Positions 23,145 through 36,423 of a DNA stretch of 64,000 nucleotides are shown here, piece after piece. Numbering within the stretch: the stretch's first letter is position 1; the number at the start of each line of letters is the position of its first letter. Below the pieces are notes generated by a model, which was given only the letters and a program-made list of their open reading frames with translations, made no database searches and had not been told where the DNA came from. Origin of the DNA: Alphaproteobacteria bacterium (GTDB lineage Bacteria > Pseudomonadota > Alphaproteobacteria > SP197); NCBI GenBank assembly GCA_965228895.1, contig OZ245842.1, positions 288,001 to 352,000 of the forward strand. Reading direction: 5' to 3'. The position numbers and the translations under genes are program-made.

Positions 23145-23148
<4 letters not shown>
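22795..23148 (-). CDS. DUF559 / Vsr-like endonuclease domain protein (117 aa)
   Basis: LRKRQTDAETRLW..KFRRQVPLGPYVVDF..LIVEADGGQH..DQERDAY..GYRVLRLWN; the GTG start overlaps the carA stop (GTGA). Confidence 0.88.
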
Positions 23149-24299
<1,151 letters not shown>

Positions 24300-24498
24300 T
24301 CGTTCCTGTAACCACGCGGGAGGACCGCCGTGCCCAACGGCGGATCGCGCAGGGTATAAGCAAATCCCGTGCCGAGGTCAAGCCTTCCAGATTTTGTTTT
24401 TTTGTTCTATTTCATGTATTTAGAGAAATGACGTGATTCGACACACAGGCGCGTGCTGTTTATGATAGCCGCCTTCTTCTGGGAGCCCCGTCAAGGGC

Positions 24499-24957
24499 AT
24501 GACACTACGACAAGAGATTACCGACGCTTTGAAACACGCGGTCAAAGCGAAGGACAAATGCACGACATCGACACTCCGGCTGGTGCAGGCGGCTCTTAAG
24601 GACCGTGACATCGCCGCGCGTGGCGCCGGTTCGTCGAACGGTGTGCCCGATGATCAGGTCCTCGACCTGCTCGCCAAGATGGTGCGCCAGCGCCAGGAAG
24701 CCGCCGAGCAGTTCCGCAAGGGACAGCGGCCCGAGCTTGCCGAACAGGAGGAGGCCGAGATCGAAGTCATCCGCCGGTTCATGCCGAAGCAGCTGGACGA
24801 GGCCGAGACCACCGCGGTCATCGACAAGGTCATCGCCGCGACCGAGGCCAAGGGCCTGAAGGACATGGGTCGAGTCATGGCGATGTTGAAAGAGAACTAT
24901 CCCGGTCAGATCGACGCCGGCAAAGCGAGCGCGCTGGTCAAACAGCGCTTGAGCTGA
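24499..24957 (+). CDS. GatB/YqeY domain protein
   Basis: TLRLVQAALKD..KMVRQRQE..LAEQEEAE..MPKQL..KDMGRVM; conserved position before dnaG. Confidence 0.88.
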   Translation: MTLRQEITDALKHAVKAKDKCTTSTLRLVQAALKDRDIAARGAGSSNGVPDDQVLDLLAKMVRQRQEAAEQFRKGQRPELAEQEEAEIEVIRRFMPKQLDEAETTAVIDKVIAATEAKGLKDMGRVMAMLKENYPGQIDAGKASALVKQRLS

Positions 24958-24972
24958 GGCGGCGCGGCTCCC

Positions 24973-26862
24973 GTGACGATCCCGCCGCAATTCCTTGATG
25001 AGATCCGCGCCCGCGTGCCGCTGGCCGATGTTGTCGCCCGGTCGGTCAAGCTGACCCGGCGTGGCCGCGAGCACGTCGGCCTGTGTCCCTTCCATAAAGA
25101 GAAGACGCCATCGTTCACGGTCGTCGAGGACAAGGGTTTCTTCCACTGCTTCGGCTGTGGTGCCCATGGTGATGTGATCGGCTGGCTGATGCGCACCGAG
25201 AACCTGGCGTTTCCGGAGGCCGTCGAGCGGCTTTCCGGATTGGCCGGGCTCGAAATGCCGCGCCAAAGCCCGGAAGATCAGGAACGCGCCAAGCGCGCGG
25301 CGACACTGCACGATGTCCTGGAAACCGCGTGCCGCTGGTTCGAGGCCGAACTTGCCGGTACGGGCGGCGCGGATGCGCGCGCTTACTTAAGAGACCGTGG
25401 TCTCAAGCGCGCGACGGTCGAACGCTTCCGCCTGGGCTTGGCGCCCGATGGCCGCGACCGGCTTATCCGTCATTTAAAGGATAAGGACATCAAACCCGAG
25501 CTGATCGATCAGGCCGGGCTTCTGACCGGCGGCGACGATGGGCGCGCCGCCATCGACAAGTTCCGCCATCGCCTGATGTTCCCGATAACCGATCGTGGTG
25601 GCCGGGTTGTCGCCTTTGGCGGCCGGGCGCTGGGCGACCATCCGGCGAAATACATGAACTCGCCGGAGACCGCGTTGTTTCATAAAGGCCGCATGCTCTA
25701 TGGTTTCGCCCAGGCGCGCAAAGCGGCCCACGAAGCGGGAACCGTGTTCGTGGCCGAGGGCTACATGGACGTCATCGCGCTGGCCCAGGCCGGTTTCGAA
25801 AACGCGGTGGCGCCGCTGGGCACCGCGCTCACGGAATCCCAGCTGATGCTGCTTTGGAAGCTCGCCGACGAGCCGGTCCTGTGTTTCGACGGCGACACGG
25901 CGGGCCTGCGCGCCGCCATGCGCGCGGTCGATCGCGCTCTACCGATGTTGGAGCCGGGGCGCTCGTTGCGCTTTGCCCTGTTGCCGCCGGGCGAGGATCC
26001 CGACAGCCTGATTCAGGCACGCGGTCGCGCCGCCATGGCGCAGGTCGAGCAGGCGGCGGTGCCCCTGATTGAGATGTTATGGCGCGCCCAATGCGAGGGC
26101 CGGCGCTTCGAAACGCCTGAGAAACGGGCGGGGCTGGAGCGCGATTTGAATCGAGCGGTGGCCCAGATCGGCAACCAAAGCGTGCAGTTCCACTACAAGA
26201 ATGCCATCAGAGAGCGTCTGCGCATGGCGTTTCGGCCGCCTCGCGGTGGTGCGCGGCGCCAGGAAACCGGCCGATCGTCCCGTCGCTATGACACGCGACC
26301 GGGCCTGCCGCAGCGCCCCGGCATGCCCGAACTGCAGCCGTCCGATCCCCTGGGGGCGGGCGCTAAGGGTGTGAATCTAAGGGCAGAACGGCTTTTGGTC
26401 GGGTTGCCGCTGGTGCATCCGCCGCTGATCGAACGGGTCGCCGATCGGCTGATGGAGATTCATCTGGAGACGCCGGGTTTTGACGACGTCCGCCGCGCCC
26501 TGCTTGATGTCGCGGCGACTCACGAGACGCTTGACAGCGAGGTCCTGCGTCGCCACCTGTCTGACCACGGATTGGTGGACATCGTGGACCGTATCGCAGG
26601 CGAGCGTGGGGCGCGGGTGACCAGTCCTTTGGCGTGCTTTGAGACGGTGGACGAGGCCGAGAGATTGTGGCAACACACCTTCGACCTTCACCAACAACAG
26701 CATTGGGATGCGGAACTTGCGGCCGACGTGGCCGCTTTTGCTGACAACCCAAGCGACGAAACGTGGCAGCGCCTCAAGGCGCGGCAGGAGCATAAACAGG
26801 CAACCGAGGCGCGGGTGACAGAGATAGATCCCGCACTCGCGTCGGCCGGAGAACGATCCTGA
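24973..26862 (+). CDS. dnaG: DNA primase
   Basis: CPFHKEKTPSF..FHCFGC zinc finger, KYMNSPET, EGYMDV, FDGD TOPRIM motif. Confidence 0.97.
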   Translation: MTIPPQFLDEIRARVPLADVVARSVKLTRRGREHVGLCPFHKEKTPSFTVVEDKGFFHCFGCGAHGDVIGWLMRTENLAFPEAVERLSGLAGLEMPRQSPEDQERAKRAATLHDVLETACRWFEAELAGTGGADARAYLRDRGLKRATVERFRLGLAPDGRDRLIRHLKDKDIKPELIDQAGLLTGGDDGRAAIDKFRHRLMFPITDRGGRVVAFGGRALGDHPAKYMNSPETALFHKGRMLYGFAQARKAAHEAGTVFVAEGYMDVIALAQAGFENAVAPLGTALTESQLMLLWKLADEPVLCFDGDTAGLRAAMRAVDRALPMLEPGRSLRFALLPPGEDPDSLIQARGRAAMAQVEQAAVPLIEMLWRAQCEGRRFETPEKRAGLERDLNRAVAQIGNQSVQFHYKNAIRERLRMAFRPPRGGARRQETGRSSRRYDTRPGLPQRPGMPELQPSDPLGAGAKGVNLRAERLLVGLPLVHPPLIERVADRLMEIHLETPGFDDVRRALLDVAATHETLDSEVLRRHLSDHGLVDIVDRIAGERGARVTSPLACFETVDEAERLWQHTFDLHQQQHWDAELAADVAAFADNPSDETWQRLKARQEHKQATEARVTEIDPALASAGERS

Positions 26863-26949
26863 GCGGCGGCAGGGCAGGCGGCCGACGAGACAAAGGGGCG
26901 GTCCGCGGGTGCGATGAACCGGCCGCGGACTCTAAGGAGAAAAACAAGC

Positions 26950-29046
<2,097 letters not shown>

Positions 29047-29162
29047 CAACCGACCACGGTTCGCTGTCGAGACGGTCGCTACGTTCGCGGCAGCGCGACG
29101 CCGCGTCACATCACATCGATAGATGTCGCTGGGTCTGATAGCGACGCCCCTGCGGTGATTGC

Positions 29163-29858
29163 CTAGAGGCTAACGAGACTGCAATCCGCGTCGCCTTGTG
29201 GTTCGCCGGGCCGGTCGAAGTGTTGGGGAAAGACTTGCGCCAGGTAGCGCAGGCAATCGTCGCGCGCCATCTCGCGTGTCACTTCCTTGGGATAGAGCAG
29301 CATGTTCAGCCAAAGGCCGTCGACGATCGATTCAAGGCTGCGCGTCAGTGACTCCGCATCAAGGTGTTCATACTCGCCGTCGGCGATGAGGTCGCTGCAG
29401 ATCCGCCATAGCTCCTCGGCACGTTCGTCGTCGTAGCGGTAGCGCATCTTCAGATAGTTGGGCCGATACTTGGCTTGGCCCCAGAAGGCGAACCACACGG
29501 CGAGTTTCTTTGCCGTGCAGATCTTGGGATCGAAATCGGCCCCGACAAGGGCCGCCAACTGGCGCGCCGGTTCGGGGCCGGCATCGTCCACGGCTTTGCG
29601 CCAGCACGTGTAGTGTTCGGTCGCCAGAAAACCGAGGGTCTCGATATAGAGGTCTTCTTTGCTCTTGAAGTGAAAGTTGACGATGCCGTGCGACAGCTTG
29701 GCGGTCTTTGTCACCGTCTCCAGCGTCGTTCCCGAGAAGCCCCGCTTGGAGATCGAATCAAGGGTGGCGTTGATCAGTTGTTGGCGCCGCGCTTCCCGTG
29801 TCGCGGTCCGACCGGGCCCTGATTTCTTGGCTGCACGAACTTCCGGCATCACACCCAC
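29163..29858 (-). CDS. TetR family regulator, BetI-like
   Basis: RRQQLINATL..GFSGTTL..LSHGIVNFHFKSKEDL HTH; VWFAFWG and DGLWL in a BetI-type C-terminus. Confidence 0.85.
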   Translation of the reverse strand: MGVMPEVRAAKKSGPGRTATREARRQQLINATLDSISKRGFSGTTLETVTKTAKLSHGIVNFHFKSKEDLYIETLGFLATEHYTCWRKAVDDAGPEPARQLAALVGADFDPKICTAKKLAVWFAFWGQAKYRPNYLKMRYRYDDERAEELWRICSDLIADGEYEHLDAESLTRSLESIVDGLWLNMLLYPKEVTREMARDDCLRYLAQVFPQHFDRPGEPQGDADCSLVSL

Positions 29859-30019
29859 CTGATAACGCGAGACGGTTTGCCCATCTGGCTGCGCCCGCCC
29901 ATGGCCGCGTTTCTGCAGACTGAGGGCCGACTGGACGGTGTAAGACCGTCGTTTATTGGGACCGCAGGCGATTGTCCAAGCAAATGATTGTCCCTTGGGA
30001 TGACGGTTCGACGACCCGG

Positions 30020-31009
30020 TTAGCCCTCGTTGAGTTGCGCCTGGGTCGTGCTGTCGTCGTGACGATGGGCCTCGCCATAGCCTTCAGGTGGCCAAGCTAG
30101 GCAGCGGTCTTCCGCATCGCCGGTCAGGAAACCGCCGGCGCCGCCATCCGGCCCGCCCCAGCGATCGGACTGGCCGTTGTCGCGGTAGTTATAGAACAGA
30201 TACTCGGTCTCCAGATCATAGCCGTGGGCGATTGCGTCCTCCGTCAGATTGCCGTTTTCGTCGACCCACGCGACACCGTTCGCGTCGACGAAGTAGTCGT
30301 CGGCATCCACGCCGACGAGAAAGTCGTTGCAGGTATCACCGTGGCCGAAGTCACGGTTGTCGAGTGTGCGGCCGATACGGGCGTTGCACTCTGGCGTGAT
30401 GTCGTTCATGCCGTAGAACGACGACTCCATGAAGGGCGAGCCGTCCCATTCGATAAGATGGCCGTCCTCGTCGGTCGCGAAGTGGCCGCCGGCGGTGTGC
30501 AGCATCAGCCACCAGCCTTCGGCCTCTTCCTCAGCGACCGTCCTGATGTAGTCGCGATACCATTCGACGTAGTAGCCGTAAGATTCCCAGGGCCAGTCGA
30601 CGACGCCGGTCAAGGCCTGGCAGTCATAGTCATCTTCGGCGCACGTGCCGCCGCGCTCGCCTTCGGTGTTGTAGTAGGCCCAGCAGATCGTCGACTGGCC
30701 GAGGTCGGTGTTGTCGTACCGTTTCTGCAGATCATAGAGATGGGCGTGGATGACGGGATAACGAATGCTGTCGAGAAGCTGCTGCGACGGCTCAAGTGTC
30801 AGAAGCCCGTTTTCCGAATCGATGATCAGCGTGATCTCACCGTTGACGTTCGGATCGCCGTTCGGCACCCAGCCGGGTTCGTAGCTGTTGGGCGCGCCGC
30901 AGACCTGGAAGGTGTAGGTCAACAATTCGGCTTTGGCGGTTGCCGGCAGCGACATCGCGACGGCAGTGAGGGTGGCCAAGCCGAGCGTTCTGAAAGTCGT
31001 CGCGATCAT
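30020..31009 (-). CDS. Secreted acidic hypothetical protein, possibly a CHRD-like domain with an insertion
   Basis: RBS CAGGAG, signal peptide MIATTFRTLGLATLTAVAMSLPATAKA; motifs HAHLY, WWLMLHT and PDGGAGGFL. Confidence 0.6.
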   Translation of the reverse strand: MIATTFRTLGLATLTAVAMSLPATAKAELLTYTFQVCGAPNSYEPGWVPNGDPNVNGEITLIIDSENGLLTLEPSQQLLDSIRYPVIHAHLYDLQKRYDNTDLGQSTICWAYYNTEGERGGTCAEDDYDCQALTGVVDWPWESYGYYVEWYRDYIRTVAEEEAEGWWLMLHTAGGHFATDEDGHLIEWDGSPFMESSFYGMNDITPECNARIGRTLDNRDFGHGDTCNDFLVGVDADDYFVDANGVAWVDENGNLTEDAIAHGYDLETEYLFYNYRDNGQSDRWGGPDGGAGGFLTGDAEDRCLAWPPEGYGEAHRHDDSTTQAQLNEG

Positions 31010-31119
31010 TGTTGTCTCCTGCGTGCTGAGCTGTGTCGGCACCCATCGAAACCACGCGTCGGGACAAGCTGGATGGCATCGAAGTGGGGTGCTGCGAGAC
31101 GTTTCCAGTAAGCAATATT

Positions 31120-31133
31120 TGACTGTCCAGTCA
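31120..31133. promoter_or_regulatory. Palindrome TGACTG-TC-CAGTCA, candidate TetR/BetI operator
   Basis: Perfect 6-2-6 dyad in the divergent promoter region between the two secreted-protein genes. Confidence 0.55.
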
Positions 31134-31272
31134 GTCAGATCAAGTCTAAAGTCAAATCACTACCGACTGACCGGTGCCGGAGCACGCTTGGTCGAGGGAC
31201 GCCGATGGTGTGCTGCTGTGTCGGCGTGAGCCAGCAGTTCGTTGTGGTCTCCGGCAATCATGATGGGGAAAG

Positions 31273-32043
31273 ATGATGAGACCGTTCGTTTCACCCAAGA
31301 CTCTTATCGTGGCGTTCCTACTGCTCGTGCCGGCCGCGTATGCGCCGGGCCAGGCAATTGCCCAGGACGGTTCCACGCTGCTCGACACGGCGACGCGCTT
31401 CACGGCGGATGAGCTGAGTGCATATATCGCCGGCAAAACCCAGGTCTGGGATCAAGGCGGCGCCTACTATGCCGAAGACGGCTCGCTGGAGACGCTGTGG
31501 GCCGGCGATCGCGACAGCGGTACCTGGTCGGTCACCGACGACGGCGCGCTGTGCTGGCACATCGCGAGCTGGGGCACGCTTGAGTGCGAGGCGTACTTCC
31601 ACAACGGCGACGTCATCAGCGCTACCTACGAGGGCGAGACCTTTCTGGCGCCGGAAATCCAGGACGGCAACACCTTGGACGCGCTGCAGGCCGGCGAAGC
31701 AGCGGCGGAGGCGGCGGCAAACGTCGACCCCTACGAGGGCAAGACGCTTCTGACCCCCGATGAGACGACGGCCTTGGTGTCGGGCAAGACCGTGCTATGG
31801 GAACCTGATGGCGCTGCCTACTACGCGCCCGACCAGACGCTGCACACGATCTGGAACGGTGTGCGCCAGACCGGCACCTGGAGCGTCAACGACGAGGGCG
31901 CGGTCTGCTGGCATATCGCCGGCTGGGGGCCAACGCCGTGCGAGTCTTATTACTATGAGGACGGCAACCTAATGGCGATCTTCAATAACAAGGCCTCGGC
32001 TGCCGCCGAGCATGTCGAGGGCGATCAGACCGGCATGATGTAG
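31273..32043 (+). CDS. Secreted protein with two tandem ~95-aa internal repeats (DUF995-like beta fold)
   Basis: Signal peptide; repeats GKT..W...G.AYYA.D..L.T.W.G.R..GTWSV.D.GA.CWHIA.WG...CE.Y. Confidence 0.75.
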   Translation: MMRPFVSPKTLIVAFLLLVPAAYAPGQAIAQDGSTLLDTATRFTADELSAYIAGKTQVWDQGGAYYAEDGSLETLWAGDRDSGTWSVTDDGALCWHIASWGTLECEAYFHNGDVISATYEGETFLAPEIQDGNTLDALQAGEAAAEAAANVDPYEGKTLLTPDETTALVSGKTVLWEPDGAAYYAPDQTLHTIWNGVRQTGTWSVNDEGAVCWHIAGWGPTPCESYYYEDGNLMAIFNNKASAAAEHVEGDQTGMM

Positions 32044-32125
32044 CAGCCCCCGGTCGGATTTGTGACCTGACGGTTCCGCGTGAACGAGTGCTCGGTCATG
32101 TCGATCGCCGACCAGGCGCGCCGCG

Positions 32126-33610
32126 TTACGGCGCGTGATACCGTCTTGCCATCTCCTTGACCTTCGTGCGGTCGAGCTTGCCGACGGGGGTCGTCGGCAG
32201 TGTCGCGACGACAATGACGTGTTCCGGTGCCCGCCAGGTGATCTGCTCCTGCGAAAACGCGATGAGCTCGCTCTCCGTCGGTGGTGGTGCGTCGGGGTCG
32301 AGGCTGACATAGGCCCAGACGTTCTCGCCGTGTAGATGATCGAGAACGCCGACGGCGGCAGCACCCGTGACGGCCGGGTGTGCCAGCAACGACTCCTCGA
32401 CCTCTTGCGGACTGATGTTGACGGCATCGTGCAGGATGATCTGCTTGCTGCGGCCCCGGAAATAGACGAAACCCTCGTCGTCGAACGCCATCAGATCACC
32501 GCTATAGAGCCAGCCGTCCTGCATGACCTCGGCGGTCGCATCCGGCCGTCCCCAGTAGCCGGTCGTCAGGGCCTTGGAACGGACCGTCAGCTCGCCTGTC
32601 TGGCCGGCCGGCAGGATCTCGCCGGCTTTGTCTCTCAGGGCCAGTTCGTAGCCCGGTGCGACTCTGCCGAGGGCATCCTCGGCGGTCGCGCCCTTCGGCA
32701 TCATGATGGCGGAGCCGATTTCGGTCATGCCGTAGGCTTCGCGAATGGCCGAGCCGGTCAGGCCGTGAAACTCGTCCTTCACCATCTTCGATGCTTTGTC
32801 GCCGGCAACACTGAAGAGGCGAACGGACTCAAAGTCGCTGTGCGTCGCTTTGACGTGATGAAAGAAGGAGACGCAGACCGGCGACACCATAAAGACGATG
32901 GTCGGACGGCGTTGACGCAGGAGAGCGAGGACACCGTCCAAATCGGACGCGCGGCCAACGATCGCCGAGGCTCCGGCCGCCAAGACCGCGAGATTGTACA
33001 TGACGCCAACCGCGAAGGATAACGTGCTTGTGCCCAGATAGATGTCGTCGTCACGGAGGTCGTGGCTCTTTTGAAGACTGGCAATAACCCAGCCCAGGGA
33101 ATCGCGCGTGTGCGTCACACCTTTCGGCGTTCCCGTGCTGCCGGACGTGAAGATAACCAGCGCGTTCGCCTGTTGGGGGAGGTCTTGCGGCACACGGTCC
33201 CCGCTCCCGGCAGCGAGCATGTCTTCGAGGTTGGATCCCGTACGCTCGGGGTCGCCGTAGCGGATCAGGTGTTGTTCGATACGGCCGAGTTCGTTGAGAT
33301 GGTCCAGCTCACCTTCGCGTTCCGCAAGGTAGAGCAGCGCCGAGGCTCCGGTTTCGCCGATGACGTAGTCGATGAACTGGCCGGACGAACGGTAATGGAT
33401 GGTGGTGATCGTGAGCCCGGCTTTCACGCAGGCGAGGTAATGCAGAACCGTCACCGGGTCGTCGGGCATCAAGGAGGCGATCCTGTCACCCGGCTCCATG
33501 CCAAGCGCCAGATAGCCGTTGGCGAGCGCTGACGTATCGTCATCGAGCTGCCGCCATGTCCACGAACGCGCCGTCCCGATGAGCGCATCGCTATCGGGCT
33601 TGTGCGTCAA
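32126..33610 (-). CDS. AMP-dependent acyl-CoA synthetase/ligase
   Basis: FTSGSTGTPKG, YGMTE, GWLYSGDL, GRSK, PVGKLDR. Confidence 0.88.
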   Translation of the reverse strand: MTHKPDSDALIGTARSWTWRQLDDDTSALANGYLALGMEPGDRIASLMPDDPVTVLHYLACVKAGLTITTIHYRSSGQFIDYVIGETGASALLYLAEREGELDHLNELGRIEQHLIRYGDPERTGSNLEDMLAAGSGDRVPQDLPQQANALVIFTSGSTGTPKGVTHTRDSLGWVIASLQKSHDLRDDDIYLGTSTLSFAVGVMYNLAVLAAGASAIVGRASDLDGVLALLRQRRPTIVFMVSPVCVSFFHHVKATHSDFESVRLFSVAGDKASKMVKDEFHGLTGSAIREAYGMTEIGSAIMMPKGATAEDALGRVAPGYELALRDKAGEILPAGQTGELTVRSKALTTGYWGRPDATAEVMQDGWLYSGDLMAFDDEGFVYFRGRSKQIILHDAVNISPQEVEESLLAHPAVTGAAAVGVLDHLHGENVWAYVSLDPDAPPPTESELIAFSQEQITWRAPEHVIVVATLPTTPVGKLDRTKVKEMARRYHAP

Positions 33611-33891
33611 GCCGTGCTGAAGAACATCGCCGAGCGGAAAGGGATCCGCCAGAGGTTCGCCCTTGAGAATTACGACAGGATCTCCTCAAAAAACATCGTG
33701 TCGACCCACTTCAGCCGCACCGCATGCCCGCTCGATCGGATCCAGGATACGATGTCGGAAGGACCGGTCAACCGAGCCGATCCGGTTTCGACGAACACGT
33801 GGGCGGATCCTGAGGGCGGTGACGCCATCATGATCGCCGGCGCCAGGGGTATCTTGCCGCGGCCCCATCAGCCAAGGTAAACAAGGCGCGG

Positions 33892-33968
33892 GGGCCTGTA
33901 GTTCAATTGGTTAGAACCCACCGCTCATAACGGTGTTGTTGCAGGTTCGAGTCCTGCCGGGCCCACCA
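33892..33968 (+). tRNA. tRNA with CAT anticodon, most likely tRNA-Ile2 (lysidine)
   Basis: GGGCCTG/CGGGCCC acceptor stem, CACCG-CTCATAA-CGGTG anticodon arm, GGTTCGAGTCC T-arm, encoded CCA; lacks initiator features; lies downstream of dnaG-rpoD. Confidence 0.9.
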
Positions 33969-34270
33969 ACTAGTCTGCCGGTTTCGGGTATCGTCCCCGA
34001 TCACACCGCAGAACCGCACAGTTCTGGGGGTTTCCGGGGCAGATGAGGCTCAGGATGTTGTCCGGAGACGCCTATCGGTCGCGAAACAGCCGCGAAGTGG
34101 GCAATAGTCTCTGTTCGCCATTTTAGACGATCACACTTCCAAATCGGTGTCTGGTCCAACGCGATCCATCGATCGGCAGTTGCCTCGATTCTGCCGAGGG
34201 CATGCTTGCAGGTGTAACCTGAATCGTAGTTGGGCTGTGGGGGATACTATCGGAGCCGAAGCTATCGTTA

Positions 34271-35980
34271 CTACTTCGGTTCTTCGAACCCGAGGAGGCG
34301 GCGCTGTTGGCGCCAGCAGGAGGGAAGGGGTGTTGCGCGCTTCAGCTTTTCCCAGGTCAGGTCAGTCGGCTGCCTTCCTGCAACGATCGCCTCGACGATA
34401 TCGGGCGCAAGGAAAGCCAACGGCAGCGTGCGGCTTACGTTGCATCTCGGTAGTCCCTCAGATGCCGCCAGTTCCTGAATGCTCGCGGCGTCGCCGGACG
34501 TGAGCTTCCTAAACCAGTTATGGGCGTTGGCGACTGCACCGATGAGTTTGCTGTCGGGATTGACCTGATCAGTCATACTCTTGTTGAGGACGATCTTGGT
34601 TTCGACACCGCGGCGTCGCAGGGTGAACGGAACGTCCAGGGTCTTGGCTTCTGAGTTGTTCCTGTCTGTGTCGCCTTCGTCTGTGGCACTACTAAGCCCA
34701 GTTAAGCCAGGCTGCTCAAGAAGCCTGATGCGCATGTGTCCTCGACAAATGTCGATCCGCTCTACAATCCGACGAAGGGCGGCTCTCTGTTCGGTAGGGT
34801 GATTGCTGGAGAGCTGTTGACGCAGGTCTTCGGAATTTTGTCGGGCGCGATGCAGTGTGTGGAGCTCGCAGTCGTTGTTCGCCCGTTGGCCGACATTGAG
34901 CTCAGTGTTGGTCAGATGCTCAGTAACGGCCTGAAGGACACTGCGTTCGAGCTCATGCGCCGGCAACCGCCAGCCGTCTTGGCCATCCGAATGTGTCTGC
35001 ATGAGCCTGTGCGAGATGTAGTAGCGATACCGTCTTCCCTTCTTCGTCGCATGGGAAAGTGACAATCGGTCGCCGGTATCGTCAAAAACGAGGCCACTCA
35101 GGAGACTTCTCTCGGTCGCGTTCTTCGCCTGATGGCGGCCCACCGTGTTCGAGGTCAGACGCTTGCTTACCGCGTTCCAATGAGCTTGATGGATGATGGC
35201 ATCGTGCTGACCGGGGAACCTCTCACCCCGGTGACGGATCTCTCCAACATAGACCGGATTGGACAAGAGAGCGTAGAGATGGCCGCGAGAGAATGGCTTC
35301 CCGCCGACAGTTCGCCCATCTTTGTACGTGTACAGTTTGGTGCGGAGGCTGAGGTTGTCCGCCGTGATTTTCAAACCGCGCACGCTGCCGACTTCCAGAT
35401 AGAGATCGAAGAGTTGCTTCACCACGCGTGCTTCGGCGACGTTGACGACAAGCTGCTTGTCCTCCACGTCATAGCCGAGCGGCGGAACTCCGCCCATCCA
35501 CATGCCCTTCCTCTTCGATGCCGCAATCTTATCCCGGATCCGTTCGGCGGTGACCTCACGCTCGAACTGGGCAAAGGACAGGAGCACGTTCAACGTCAGG
35601 CGACCCATGGATGTCGTCGTGTTGAACTGCTGGGTCACCGCCACGAACGACACGTCGTGCCGATCGAACACCGAGACCATCTTTGCGAAGTCCATGAGGG
35701 AACGTGTCAAGCGATCGATCTTGTAGACGACAACCACGTCGACCTTGCCGGCCTCAATGTCGCCGAGAAGTCGTTGCAGTCCCGGGCGTTCCATATGCCC
35801 GCCCGAGACGCCACCGTCGTCATAGCGTTTGGACGTTGACCTCCATCCCAGGCCGGCCTGAGATGTAACGAAGGCCTCGCATGCTTCGCGCTGGGCGTCG
35901 AGCGAATTGAAGTCCTGATCGAGACCTTCCTCCGTCGACTTTCTGGTGTAGATGGCACACCTGCTCCTCGACTTTGTCAT
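34271..35980 (-). CDS. Large serine recombinase (resolvase plus recombinase domains)
   Basis: CAIYTRKS catalytic Ser, DGGVSG..RPGL, KIDRLTRS, FAQFEREVTAERIRDK, PPLGY; start at ATG 35980. Confidence 0.93.
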   Translation of the reverse strand: MTKSRSRCAIYTRKSTEEGLDQDFNSLDAQREACEAFVTSQAGLGWRSTSKRYDDGGVSGGHMERPGLQRLLGDIEAGKVDVVVVYKIDRLTRSLMDFAKMVSVFDRHDVSFVAVTQQFNTTTSMGRLTLNVLLSFAQFEREVTAERIRDKIAASKRKGMWMGGVPPLGYDVEDKQLVVNVAEARVVKQLFDLYLEVGSVRGLKITADNLSLRTKLYTYKDGRTVGGKPFSRGHLYALLSNPVYVGEIRHRGERFPGQHDAIIHQAHWNAVSKRLTSNTVGRHQAKNATERSLLSGLVFDDTGDRLSLSHATKKGRRYRYYISHRLMQTHSDGQDGWRLPAHELERSVLQAVTEHLTNTELNVGQRANNDCELHTLHRARQNSEDLRQQLSSNHPTEQRAALRRIVERIDICRGHMRIRLLEQPGLTGLSSATDEGDTDRNNSEAKTLDVPFTLRRRGVETKIVLNKSMTDQVNPDSKLIGAVANAHNWFRKLTSGDAASIQELAASEGLPRCNVSRTLPLAFLAPDIVEAIVAGRQPTDLTWEKLKRATPLPSCWRQQRRLLGFEEPK

Positions 35981-36423
35981 AGTCCGAAGAACCTCGGGCC
36001 GGACCAACGGGTTCCGGTGATCTCTCTCGCAATCGCTGATAACGAGCGATAGCGTCGACCGTCCCAAACAAACCCATCGTCGACGACATCGACGCTAAAG
36101 ACTTGGCCGTTCCATTCTCTGACCAGGCGCATCCCCGGCTTGGTCACAGGTGGTTGGGCACTCACTTGATTCGAGCGACGTGAACTCTTGCGAGACGGTC
36201 GGAATGACCGGAGGTCTTTCCTTGTCTTGATGCTTAGGCCGCCGAAGGTGTCGACCTGGGCCTGATAGGCGGCCGCCCGCTCGAGAAGCAAGGTGCTAAT
36301 GCCCTTGGGCGGGCGGCGTTTGTGGATCGCTGTCCACCTCTCAACAAGCGATTTCCTGGTTTCATCTGGTGACGGTGCAGCGTCGACACCCTCATGGTCA
36401 GGACTGGAGAGTGTCGATGTCAT
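35977..36423 (-). CDS. DUF2924 family protein
   Basis: AYQAQVDTFGGLS, PGMRLVREWNG, YRSLSAIAREITGTRWSGPRFFGL. Confidence 0.88.
   Translation of the reverse strand: MTSTLSSPDHEGVDAAPSPDETRKSLVERWTAIHKRRPPKGISTLLLERAAAYQAQVDTFGGLSIKTRKDLRSFRPSRKSSRRSNQVSAQPPVTKPGMRLVREWNGQVFSVDVVDDGFVWDGRRYRSLSAIAREITGTRWSGPRFFGL

Noticed and set aside
33892-33968. tRNA-Met assignment from the CAT anticodon
   Set aside because: It has a G1-C72 pair and no triple G-C anticodon stem, so it is not an initiator; the acceptor stem and position after rpoD fit Ile2 better, though elongator Met is not fully excluded
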